Below are positions 1 through 12,900 of a DNA stretch of 64,000 nucleotides, one piece after another. The position numbers and the translations under genes were made by a program. The notes under the pieces were generated by a model. The model saw only the letters and a list, made by a program, of their open reading frames with translations. It was not told the DNA's origin and ran no database searches. How positions within the stretch are numbered: the stretch's first letter is position 1; each line of letters starts with the position of its first letter. This DNA is from Chrysomallon squamiferum. Its lineage: Eukaryota; Animalia; Mollusca. The stretch is taken from NCBI GenBank assembly GCA_012295275.1, contig CM022669.1:1860001-1924000 (forward strand), given 5' to 3'.

Positions 1-2938
1 CTCACCTACAAACATCCATACTCACATATTTACATACACTTCTACTTACATATTTCACATGTTACTAATAGATGATGGGAATCTCCTTAACTGATTTATT
101 GTAATATATAGTTACTGTGTGCTGACACGAGATGGCTGTCTCCCAGTCAGAATTATGACAGCCAAAAGAAAAAACAACAACAAATAAACGTTATTTTATT
201 TACATCATGTTTAATTTGACAGTCGCTGGCTTAAGCATTTCACAAAAATGTTGTACAGTGGTTGCATTTGTCTTGTTAGAATACGAGCAGCTGCATTTAA
301 TATCATTCTTAAGATAATTTTGCCCCCCTCCTCTTGAGGAAGGTGACATTTGTCAAAAGCCACGTAGGATTATAGCAAAGAATAAGTATTGGTTATCCTA
401 AAATTATAACTTGACTGGTCATTTTCATAAGCTAATTAATCTTTTATTATTTTTCAGAACATATTTTAATTGTGATCTGATGGATTTCTGATTTTTGTTG
501 TTTTAAAAATATTCATTGTCATCCAGTTATGGATAGATCAGACTTTTCTGTTATTACATAATATGCTACTACTGCATATATTTACAACTTAAATACTAAG
601 CAGTGTTATCAAATACTTGGCTTGATTTAATTGTTCAAAATATTATTTGAAGTCCTTTGCTCTGAATTTACTAAAAATTTTGTGGAATTTTTTGTTGTTT
701 TTATTTATTTTTATTAATTTATTATTATTATTTTAAAATTTATTTGTTATTATTTATTAAAATAAGGTTGGTGCTGTAAATGCATCATTTTGTTTAGTTT
801 TTTGTGCTAATTGTCTGATAATTGGAGAGGATGACTTGAAACAAGATTGTCACTAGGTGCTGATTTGCAACTTCGTAGTTATAATTATTGATTTGTCCAT
901 GTTTGTTAGGCAGTGTATTTTTTATTTTTTATTTTTTTTGGTTCAGACATTCCTCTTTAAGTTCAGGCAATAAGCATTTAATGAATGATATTTTACTCAC
1001 AATTTGCTGTTAAAATATTTATTATATGTTTGCATTAATCTATATCTTCATTTGTTTTTAATTATTTTGTCTCATTACTTAGTTCATAAATATTTTCACA
1101 AGTTTATGCATTTTGATTGTAAAACAAAAGAGAATTTTATATTTTTAAAAAGAAACATGTGCAAAGTCTGTAATTTGAAATAAAATTTTTTCTATTAAGG
1201 CTGATAAATAAGAGAAATCCTCTCACAGAAGTTCTATTATCAGTTATTTTTAATCATCCCCTAGAAATATTTTATTCATTTATTTGTTTAGCAGAAACCA
1301 TATATAAAATTGCTGTGCAGCACTGCTCAGTCTTTTTCAGTCAGGTATTCAGAAGTGATTTTCCATAATTATAGATGTATATCTTTTTATCCCAATTTCA
1401 CTGATAAAAAATTCAAAGATGTCAATCATATAGTTCCAGAGAAATGAATTTAATATTTAATTTTTGCTTCCATTTGCCACATTTGCCATTTTCTCTGACA
1501 AAACGTATTTTTCAATATGTCTTGCTTTGTGTTGCATATATTGTCTAATTTTTTGATAACTTTACAAAGTATATTTACATTATTATGGCAAGCCAAAGTA
1601 GGTCAAATGATTCATTTATTAAAAAAAAAAAAAATTGTTTCTTTAAAAATTTATACCATGACAAGCATCATTTTTATACAAAATTAATCAGAGTGCCAAG
1701 ATCTAGATCTAGAAGGGATAAATTAGAAAATCCAAAATGTAAATTTTTTGGGAGTTAATCTTTTAGCAAATTGCAGTTTTCTTAAGCATCAGGGTACTAT
1801 CTCAGTGCTGGTAAAGGCTACTTAATAATAAAGATGACCTGCTGAGTTCTCTTTCCTCAAAGAACTTTACAGTGAGAGTATATTATGAACAGATACACAA
1901 AAAATGGATTGATAATGAATTACTGTTTAATAGTACTTTCGAAAGCTGCATATTTGGTGATTAAATATAAATTGAGCAGAAACTGAATTTAAAGTGAAAT
2001 TTGAAATGTTTCAGAGAATCTGTTTTGAATGTGGGAGTGGACTTTATGAAACAAATGTTTAACCAAAGAAGAGTCTTAATAAGGAAATTTGTACTGAGAC
2101 AACCAAGTTTCAAACAGAACAAAAGCTTAATTTTTCCCACTAATACTAATTAAACACATTTATTCCATCATCAGTTCCAAAATTATTACCAATACTTTGC
2201 CACAACCACAATAAAAAATTAAATACTGCTGATTAAACAATCATAAATAAGAAGGCTATTTTTAGATCATAGCAACATTTCAGAAACTGAAGTGACACGA
2301 CTAGATGTTTTTCTTGTTTAGGCATCAGAAATAAATAAACTGCTCAGAATCAACATTTGGCCAAGTAGTGATATGACAAAATAACTGATGATTTTATTAA
2401 CCAAGATGGAAGCACAGTCACACATAACTAGCTCAAATATAGTTTCAACACAGATTTAATCACTTAAATGCTAATTTCTTGCAGTTAAATGGGTATCATG
2501 AAAAGAATGATGATTTTTGCTTCCAAAAAAGAACCTTTAAACAGAATTGAGGAGGTTCTGATTCTGGAGAATAGGCTTGATCAGTTAGTTGCTTTCTGAC
2601 TCAAGATTGAATCAGCTTCAGTTGCCAGTGACTTAATGCATGGTTTGACAGAAATCATACTCTGTATATGTCTCTCTCTGTAGCTGCACTGAAGAAACGA
2701 AGATACAAGGTGTGATAAATAGGGCAGATGTTTTGGCAGTGTTTATTAGTATTTCTACATCTGTTGTGCAGATGTTTTCTTTTTCTAGATGATTTCACAC
2801 ACACACATACACTCATACTCACACTCACACTAACACTCAATCACTGTTGTCCTATGATTTCCCTAAGATCAACTCTTGAAAAATCCCCAAATTTGAACTT
2901 GAAGCCTACCTCTTGCGTTATTCTCAGTCCCTTCTTTT

Positions 2939-2970
2939 ATGGTTGTGGCAACCTTCTCTCAGCTTAATCG
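2939..2970 (+). CDS. Candidate alternative CRTC exon/start encoding MVVATFSQLNR
   Basis: Donor CG|GTAAGA at 2970/2971 in phase 2, matching exon 9993 and giving QLNR-TNSDS. In-frame ATG at 2939 with an in-frame TGA upstream at 2900-2902. Confidence 0.4.
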
Positions 2971-3061
2971 GTAAGAGTAAATTTAACAATTCCTAAACCA
3001 ACTTCCAGCCTACCCTACATATTTCTACTGTACCTTTCTTTACATTTGTTTACATTTGTTT

Positions 3062-3271
3062 ACATTGTTTTTATGTCTGTATATTGTTCTTAGATTACAT
3101 TGTTTTTATGTCTGTATATTGTTCTTACATTACATTGTTTTTATGTCTGTATATTGTTCTTACAAAACATTGTTTTTATGTCTGTATATTGTTCTTACAA
3201 AACATTGTTTTTATGTCTGTATATTGTTCTTACAAAACATTGTTTTTATGTCTGTATATTGTTCTTACATT
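3062..3271. repeat. 35-bp minisatellite, 6 copies
   Basis: Unit ACATTGTTTTTATGTCTGTATATTGTTCTTACAAA starting at 3062, 3097, 3132, 3167, 3202 and 3237; explains the three overlapping repetitive ORFs. Confidence 0.97.
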
Positions 3272-3665
3272 ATTACTTCGCTTATGATACAGTTGTTATA
3301 TGTTCTAAAGTTTAATGTTTTGGTAAATTTTATGGTTAATGTTTGCATTTGCAATTTCTCATACACTTGCCTGTTATGCACTGGTGCTCCACCCTATTAG
3401 TCCATGAACTCATGTCAACAGTAAATGTTTAAATATGGGCAGTGAATGTAATTGAATCTGAAAAGCATGTGTTTCAGTTATTTGTTGCTTATTACTTATT
3501 TTTCATTACAGTTATTATTTTTAGTACTTTTTTTACTGTTGAATTTGAGCTTTCTCTACTTTGTTTGTTTTTGAGTTTATTTTCCTTTTTATTTTATTTT
3601 ATTTTATTATTTTTTTCAATTTTTTTTATTTTTATTTTTTTTTTATGACTTTATTTGTCCTTCAG

Positions 3666-3701
3666 GATGTACCGTTACCTTAACGGAGTTTCTCTGTCTC
3701 G
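3666..3701 (+). CDS. Candidate 36-nt CRTC cassette exon, (R)MYRYLNGVSLSR
   Basis: Long T tract then TTTGTCCTTCAG acceptor; CG|GTGAGT donor; 36 nt, phase 2-2, no stop, joins exon 9993 in frame. Confidence 0.7.
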
Positions 3702-3731
3702 GTGAGTTCTCTCCTCCTTTTCTGCTCGCAG

Positions 3732-3743
3732 TAGTCTCCCTCG
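3732..3743 (+). CDS. Candidate 12-nt CRTC microexon, (R/S)SLPR
   Basis: Pyrimidine tract TCTCTCCTCCTTTTCTGCTCGCAG, exon TAGTCTCCCTCG, donor GTGAAT; phase 2-2 and in frame with exon 9993. A NAGNAG site allows a 9-nt LPR variant. Confidence 0.55.
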
Positions 3744-6700
3744 GTGAATGATTATAGCATGCACAATGTAAAGTACACATACAGACATTGTCTTTTAACT
3801 GGAGCAATCTCGGTAATAAGTCTAAATTCCTGTGATTTCATTTCAGATGAGGAAAAATTTTAAAATAGATGAAAAAGGATGAATAAAAAAGAATCTAACA
3901 ATTAAAACACATGCTCTTTGCATTTCTACCTCTGAAGTGTTTAAATATAATCAACCCTAGCAAATCAATAATATTTTTTTTAACCGCTCTAGCTTTTATA
4001 AAAGACAGTGACTGTACATATAATAATATAAACAAATACATACACTTGGATTCGCTATTAAGGCCAGACTGATAATTTATTTTCAGCATTTTATCATTTC
4101 TAAATTTTTGTTTCCTTTTATACTTTGAAAAAAAAAAAAAAAAAATTTTCTTTTTCTTTACCAAGTACTTAGCAAACTAAATTACATTTAGTAATTAATT
4201 GGTAAGGAAACTTCAAAATAATTTCACTAATACAACATATCCAGGGCATTGACTGTTTTGGAAATCATCCACTTGGGGTCATAGTTCATACCAGTGATCT
4301 AAGCAAACACTCAAGTCCAATTTTTCTTTTTGTTACATAAAGCTAAAATAATGTTGAATCTCAGTAGCATGTGTTGTATTTTGTTTAAATAAATACCTAT
4401 ACAGTTCTATTCAAGTCACATAAGAGCTATTGTATTTCAGATATTGCAAAATTTGTTAAATAATTGCTATTCCTTTACTACTACTACTATCACTGTTATT
4501 ATAAGGAAAAAGAATAAGAGTGGATAAAAAAATAGTAACAAGTTGCCCAACTGTCTTCATATTACTTGTTCATTCTGAAGAATTGGTTGCCTTTACTGTT
4601 TGTCTTTCATTTACATATTTGAAGCAGGAACTTTGGATGTTTTTAATTCAAGTATTATTGGCTACATGTGTATGTTGTGTGTGTGTGTGTGTGGGGGGGG
4701 TGTATGTGGGTGTGTGTGTATGATCCATATCACTTCATCTTTTCATTTTATCTTGGAATATTATTCTTAATTTTTTGTTTAAGAGCTTTTTTTTTCATCA
4801 TTATTATAATCACCATTTTTTAAATATATTTTATAATGCTTTTCTGTTTTATTTGACCTTTTTTTTAAATTATATTATTTGTGTTATTGTTATTTTTGTT
4901 GCACTTTAAACTTTTCATATATGTTTATGAAATATAAAGATATATGACTATTGATAAAGTAATATGATTATTGCAACATAAGGGTTTGTCTGGCCTTAAT
5001 AATTCCAGTGGGGACAAGGTTTGGTGCCAATTTTGCATGTTTTGTCTTTGCACTTTATTATGGGGTTGTGGTAATCATTAAGTTACCTTATTGTTACAGA
5101 GCCTAAATGTTATTTATTTATGTAAAAATTTCCAGATACCTTATTTTTATACTTAATACTTTTAAAATTCTGCACTATAATTAATTTTCTCTTTTGCCAA
5201 ACCATTTAATTATTTACATAAAAAAAATAGTGTAATAATAAATTAAATAGAATATGCTATTTAAATATCTCATTTAAAAAACAAAACAAATAAATAATAA
5301 AATGAAATGTATATGCAAAAGCAAACAGTGATATTTTTCATATAGATATTTAATTTTTTTACTAAGAATCAAATAACATCACTAGATTTTTCTGTAGGCA
5401 CGTAACATTTATATGTTAACCATGATACATGCTATCACTAGATAATGGCATGTTATCAGTTAATAAATGTTCATTGTTTTTTAGTTAATTACTCAAAGTA
5501 TGTAATCTGAATTAATCTTGACAGAATGTTGTTATTATTGATATTTGTTAGATTTTCTTTGTTTTCTTTTTTCTTACTCAGTATTTGTAATAAAAATGTT
5601 CAAAACAGGTCATAGAAAGCAATCATGTTGAAAGACGATATTGGAAATAATCTGAAATGTGATATGTCTCTACATAGTTTAGTGTATTTGTTAAATTATT
5701 TTGTACGTGCATCAACATTGGCATATTAGTTTAAAATAATAATAATCTTCTGATGAAAAATGAATGATGAAAATCAATTAAACAAAATAATTTCAAATGA
5801 CACCTTTTTTTGGTGATACTTTGGCATGTGATCTATTCAGTCTAGTGAACTGCACCGAGCAAATTCTACTTTGTTGTCTTATATGTGCTCTTATTTTAAT
5901 TACTATTTTGTTTATTCTTGTTTTTTTTATTATTATTTTTCATGGCATAAATGAAACAAATTTTCCTTTTATTATATATTTATAATTTATAGGTACAAGG
6001 GCTAAAAGTATACAAATTTGAATAATTGTATTGAGATTTGAGTGAACATCTGCTAGAAACACAAGAAAAAGATCTTCCTATTTCTTTGAGCTTTCTCCAC
6101 CACAACAATGACATGGTGCAACATTTTCATTATAATCTTCATGAAAATGCAACTGCCTTCTTCTCGTCGCTGATCATGTAAAAATCTGTAGCCAGCATCT
6201 TAGGTTTTATAAGTAAACGAACAAGTAAAATCACAGAGTAGATGAACTGCCAAATTGTATATCTATTCAGAAGTGGAGTTTGCCTGCATGTGATGTTCTT
6301 ATATATCTATCATGCATTAATCTTAAAGGATTTTAAGATCTTCCTTTCCAGTCCATTTCCAATCCAAGTTAGGTCAGATCTGTTGTATTACATAATGCTC
6401 TTATCTTATAGAAATTTCCTAGATATTTTTTTTGTTTATGTATATCACCCTTTAAGTTGTAAATCACATGCCAAATAAGCACCCTTTTTTAAAATTATTT
6501 ACGTTGTGATTAAAATTCGAGATATACAGGATAATATAATGTCAAAATATTTCAACATTTCCATAAAATATTTATTTCATTTTCAAATGGTTATTATATT
6601 ACAAGTACATACATATGTGTTTTGTATTAATTTATTTATTATTTTATTTATTTTATTAACAATATTTTAATATTAAAACAGTTTAAATATATATCTATTT

Positions 6701-7065
6701 TAAATTACTTTTTGAATTGCCAAGGTTTTCTCATAAATAGATTTTGCATTAGAAAGAGTAATTTAATTTCAAGCATGTTTGTTTAATCTTTTATTTTATT
6801 TTTTTCTTTCTATCTAACTTTGATGAATCAGCAAAAATTTTAAATTAGTTAAAGTCAGAATAAAAAATTTAAAGAAACAAATATGCAGAAAGTAATACTT
6901 CAATAATCATGTTTTGTCTGTTAAATGTTAAAATTACCCCAGAAACTAACATACATTATGATTTTTATGGTATTACATAAACCTGTATACAAAGCCATTA
7001 TGGTAGGTAATCCACATAATTGAGATTTATGATCTAAATGATGCAAATAAGAAAACAAAAATTAT

Positions 7066-7135
7066 TTTATTTTTTATTTTATTTTATTTTATTTTATTTT
7101 ATTTTATTTTATTTTATTTTATTTTATTTTATTTT
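7066..7135. repeat. (ATTTT)n microsatellite
   Basis: Run of ATTTT units read directly. Confidence 0.9.
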
Positions 7136-7780
7136 GGAATTATTGTAATTATGTTAGTTATTTTAAATTATTTTTTAATGCTTGGTGATTCTCATTGATT
7201 ACAGTCCACTCATGTTGAAACTTCATTGACATATAAATGTTCACTGTAATATTATTATAATTTTATTAGTATAAAGCTATTACATTTTTGTTTGATGACT
7301 GATGAAAGGAAAAACATTAAATATATTGTTATCAATCTTTGACATTTTAGAGTGTATATAAAATAAAAATTACATGAATAATTACATTTTTTTTGTTGAT
7401 ATATAAGTCACACAAAAAAAACATTCATGATAATTAGGATGATAAAAGCATTAAATGATTTGCATAAAGTTCAAAGCAGTTATGTATATGTTTATGTACA
7501 TATTTAATTTAATACTATTGTCAGATATATGGGCTCATTCCTGTTGCACCACTGTGTCAACTTTGCATTACCTACCCTCTGTTGGACTGTTAACAAAATG
7601 CACACAAAAGCCATATCCAATGTAATCACTATTCAAAAACACACTGAATTTCAAAAATATACCTCAGTAACATTTTTTTAAATACGAACACCATGGTTTA
7701 ACCAGGTTATATAATAAATATGAATATTCACATTTTAAAGTCTTAAAAAAAGAATCAGTGTCATAATTTTTATTTTATTT

Positions 7781-7811
<31 letters not shown>

Positions 7812-9821
7812 TTATATCCTGAACAATGAGACAAACAAACAGAAAAAAACCATGGCTCAATGAAAATTTTAAAATAAGGACTGAAGAAACGAAGTTAATG
7901 TAAACTTTGAAAGTGGTTTATTATACATCTATACAACTTAAAATTATTAAACAATGGTTTGTAATATTTTTATCATGTGATTATTCTAACTTATATTAGA
8001 ATTGTATAAGAAAAATAATAAAAGTAAAAGTATGATTATATGTTTATTCAGATATACTTTTAGCACTAAATACCACTTTATTGTTCAGAAGATTTGCAGT
8101 GCTTTGGTTTGTTGACTTAGGTCAGAATAAATTTTTAACTGAAGTGTGAGATAGTTGATTAATATAGTAAATTAAAGTTAATGTAGATAGGATGGATAAA
8201 TGAAATAAATCTCTGTAATGAAGTAGTAATTTGAAAGAGTTTATTTTTCTTTGAAAGTAAATCATCTCACAGCTGGATATACAACAGTATTCATTATTAT
8301 CTTATTTCTTTCTTCATGACTCAAAAACTATATTGACAAATTTAAATCACTTTATAGTACTTGTTTTGTAGTACGTGACATACTTATATATTAGTCTCTG
8401 TCTGATATCTCTTTTAATATAGATTGTGATCTTGTTTACATTTTCAAGTAAATAAGCAATCATATGACAGATCTTTAAAGGATATCTACATTATAGAAAT
8501 GAATTATTTCATATAAGAATTCACAATCATTTCATAATCATAATCTTTTACAACTGTATTTCATATTGCTATTTAACATCTCAACAATTTTAAACATAAT
8601 TCATTGGGAATGTTGCTGGTTCATTATCAAAGACAGTAGTATTTAAAATAATAACCTATGCGATGAATGGTTGATATATATTCCTATTAAAATTGGTCTA
8701 GTTTGAGTTGAATGTTAACTAATTGTAGTGTTCCATTATGCCATTTAATTCAGTTTCTTTATAAGCTTATTGATAACTAAAAATATATCAGGTTTTCATT
8801 TTTACATAATTCAGTGGTGAATTTTTTTTTCTTGTGGTATCTGTTAGTCAGTATGCAATGATAACAAAAAAAAAAAAATAATAATAAAGTAAATAAATAA
8901 AATAAATAAAATAAATAAATAGTATTATAATCTTGTATTCAACTTATTAAATTCATTTTCAAAATTTGTGAAAGGTATATTTATTTGGTTAATCAGAAAC
9001 TTGATTAGAATATAAAACACCATAATTATATTTGACCAAAATGAAAGTATATTGAAATAATAAAACTGTTATTAGAACCATTTTCCAGAACAAACAAACC
9101 ATCATAGAGATATTTATTGAATTTGGCATAATAAATGTCTAATACAAGAATCAGTGTTTTTATTTTATAGCATTAATAAGTTGACTATTTCAAATTTGCT
9201 TGTATCAGCCAAAGATTAAAAAGGTGGTTTATGCTCAGTAATTCTACACAACTACAGGTTTTGTGGAACATGGGATGAAACCTCTATGCAATCACCAGGC
9301 CTTTTCAAAACCAAGCTGGTATCCACCAACTGGTTTCTAAAAGGTAGTGGTATGAGCATTACTGTCTATGGGAACATGGCTATTAAAGCATATGTATCTT
9401 TATTTTGTCTGTGAATTAAAATTTAAAATTTATATGGTAATGGTAGTAAAAAAATAAATAAATAAAAAATTGTAAATGTCTAAACAATGTCTTTTTGTGT
9501 CTGTGCTCAGTTTACAGTGTTACAAGGAAATGAATGGTAATTTGCAAACTGTTTTCCAGCAGACAGATGATGTTATTGTTTGATGAATGTCTGCTTCATT
9601 GCCAGTCTTGTGTGTGCTGCTGACATATCTCCAATATAAATTTAGTCATACAAATTTCAGAGATATATTCTGAACAAAATATTATTTGATGCAGACATGC
9701 CTCTGTGTACATTCAGTTATACATACAATTGTTGGCACACTAAAAACACACACACACATACAAACATGCATGAACCCATATGTATATGCATATATAAATG
9801 CATACACAAATGCATACACAT

Positions 9822-9853
<32 letters not shown>

Positions 9854-9992
9854 TCATATAATCAAGATCAAATTTCAAAGAGTGTTATAGTTGTCTGAAT
9901 GTCATGCATCTGCCTACTTCTGTTCTAAAACATTGCTATATTTTTGTTGAATTTTTTAATTATTATTATTATGATTTTTTTTTTTTTTTCAG

Positions 9993-12900
9993 AACAAATT
10001 CTGATTCAGCATTGCACACCAGTGCCATGGCTCCATCAATGAATACTCATCTAACAAGTCCTTCAACTCCACCAACACATCGTCGCAGTAAGAAATGTTT
10101 TTTCAGTTTGGTTTCTTATTATACAGATACACCACTGAATATCTGGCAATTGATGGCTAGGCACCTCCTTTGGTCCAGACAAAATTACATGAGGGAACTT
10201 GAAATTTCACCGCCACCAGACTAGTTTTGTGGGCAGCCACAGATGGCATTGTGTTTAGGGTGCACATATTTACATTCTTTATACTGCACCTGTTGGTGGT
10301 GTTACTGCAGTTCCTGGAGATTTTAGCTTATTTTACTTGAATTTAACCATAGCTATGGCTTCTAAGACAAATGAGTGTGTCAGTCATAGTGGCAATGCCA
10401 GTCAATGTTGCACTGTTGACAACATGGGCCTTGGTGTTTCAGTGTGTAAGCTGCATGAAATTTACAGTACTGGTTAATCAACTGTATATGATAAAAAAAA
10501 GCAAATTTAATATTTGTTTAATTTAAATTTCTTGCAGTTCAGGGTATATACTTTAGACAGATGAGAGATGTATATTTGGTGGGTTAGAGGTGTGTTGTTG
10601 AATTATTATTACATGACCACAGTTGTCTGGCAAAATGGTTAATCTGTGGTGTACCTGTACCATTCTAATGATAAATTCTGTTTCACATATTAACATGCAG
10701 CAGCAAATTTTAAAATCTTTACTTTTTTTAGTTATTTCTTTATTGTTTCATTTATTCTTAAAACTTCACATTTATACATTTCATCAAAAATAAAGAATTA
10801 TTGGTTTGATTAGTAACTTTAAAAGTAGATAGCTTAATGCTGCCAAGACCAACACAAACATTAAAAATAATCCAAATGTATCCAAATGATACACTTGAAG
10901 TAAAGGTCTAGTTCCTGTTCCAAATAGTGCCAACAAATGATATCACAGGTCATGGTACTTTGGTTTCCTGTTGTTGACAGAGAAATATGTTGGGTTTTTT
11001 TTTGGGGGGGGCAGGGGATTATATCTTTTTCAGATTTACAAAACAACATTAGTTGGAGTACTTATATATAAATAATGATGACGATGACGATGACAATGAT
11101 GAGAATAATTACTTTTTAATTTAGATAAATGTAATAATATAGTAAAGTTTTTTTTTTATTTTTCTCACTAGTTGCTGAAATGGTTGGTGAAAATGTAGCA
11201 GCACAAGATAGCCTGAACATGAAATCATACTGGGATCCAAAAAAAGTGAGTGATACTCTAACCAGAATAAGTACCAAAAACAATAAATTTGTGTTGTTAA
11301 CCATAGCTCAGTGTTTTCACAAAACATGTTTGTGATATTTGTTGTGTGTCACTTAGTCACAGTGAAACAATAATTTCTAACAAGAACTGTGCACTTTTAC
11401 AATTTTCTTATTTTTCTGTCACTTGCTAAATGTCTGAAACATCAAGTGACAAATCTAGAACATAGAGTTGCTTTGTTTGTGCAGAACTGGTGGGCATCAA
11501 ACTGAAGACTTTTTGAAACTCATTTAATAATACTGGAACTTTTTCACTTGGCTGTATAATTTCTAATTTTGCAATAGATTATTTGATTGTACACACATTT
11601 GCTCACATGGATAAGTTCTAATTGTATTAGCTGTGTAAAATTTTTGTGAGCTGGATCAGGTGTGTGTCCTTTTTTTCCAGCCAGCAGAGACTTAGTTATT
11701 TTTTATCATTTAACTACAGAGACCATGATATGCATGCTTGTACAAATATCTTCAAAATGAGCTATTTTCAGAATTCCTTAAATAGTCAATATGTGATTCA
11801 TGAGAGATAAATATTGTAAGGGCAGCAATTAAATGATTTAACAATGTTTTTTTTAATTTTATTTCATCTTTATTCCTAATATTAAATCCCATTTTTTAGC
11901 AACATTAGTCAGTTGTTCTTACCTCACAAATATAACCATTAAAACTGTTCTGCTGAAAGTTGTTACATACCTTTCATGTTGTCTCTATCACTGTTAGCAT
12001 GGTGCTCACTTTGAAATTACAGCATAGCTATCAACTAAAGAATTCTGAATGGTCAATAACAAAACGCAGAAAATATTTATATACCCAGGTTTCATAAGTT
12101 TTATTTTCTACATTTTGTTTAATGTACTTAAAGGAAAAGAAAAGAAAAATCTCATCTACAAGAATGTATTTTTGGCAGAATTCAACATTTTTTTAACTGG
12201 TTTTGAAAGACATAATTTACAAATTAATTAAATGCCAAAATCTTTTTTTCCTCTCTTTTTTTATTTTATTTTTTTAAATTTATTTATTTATTTTTATTTT
12301 TTTGAGGGTTTTTTAGAGTTTATGATTTCTGAAGTACAGATTATAGATTATTCACATGGACGTTTTAGTCATTCGAGTGTTTTAAATAATATGTTACCTT
12401 TTTTTTTCTTTTTTATAGTGTTTTATTTTATTTTGCATCTTGTAGCTTGTACAGTCCAGACCGAAATCTTGTGAAGTTCCCAATATTAAGTAAGTGGCAT
12501 CAGAGAGCATACTCACTGAATATTCTTTTTCTCTTTAATTTTAATTTCATTTCATTTCATTTTAATATTGTTTTGCATAAATTTGGCAGTATTTGTTTTT
12601 TGTTCAAAGTGTATCTATGGCAGTATGAACAAAAATTCTAAATGCATTAAACATTTTCTAAGATATTAATATATTTGACTGAGGCAACCTGTCATTGCTA
12701 CCAATAAATGTTGTGAAATAATAAGCCTACTGTTTTTTTAATGACATTATATTTTATAGACAACAATAAAATAAAATCTTTTATAATGATAATACATATA
12801 GGTATGTAGTGATTTTATTACTTTACACTTTGTTGTTAGTTAAAATGATTTTCAGAAACAAATAGGACAATAGGTTTGATTCAAAGCATAACAAAAAATA

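Noticed and set aside
3056-3400. Three overlapping repetitive ORFs
   Set aside because: Products of the stop-free 35-bp minisatellite.
3785-3818. Fourth CG|GTAATA donor-like site near the microexons
   Set aside because: Available acceptors give 8 or 28 nt, the longer includes an in-frame TAA, and it encodes QSR rather than LxR.
9225-9392. Possible decayed SINE central domain (AAAGGTAGTGGTATG..CTGTCTATGGGA)
   Set aside because: Resemblance to molluscan SINEs is from memory only; no clear A/B boxes or TSD.
10088-10224. ORF continuing past the CRTC donor at 10087
   Set aside because: A good donor joins 11172 in frame, and the extension has no recognisable similarity.
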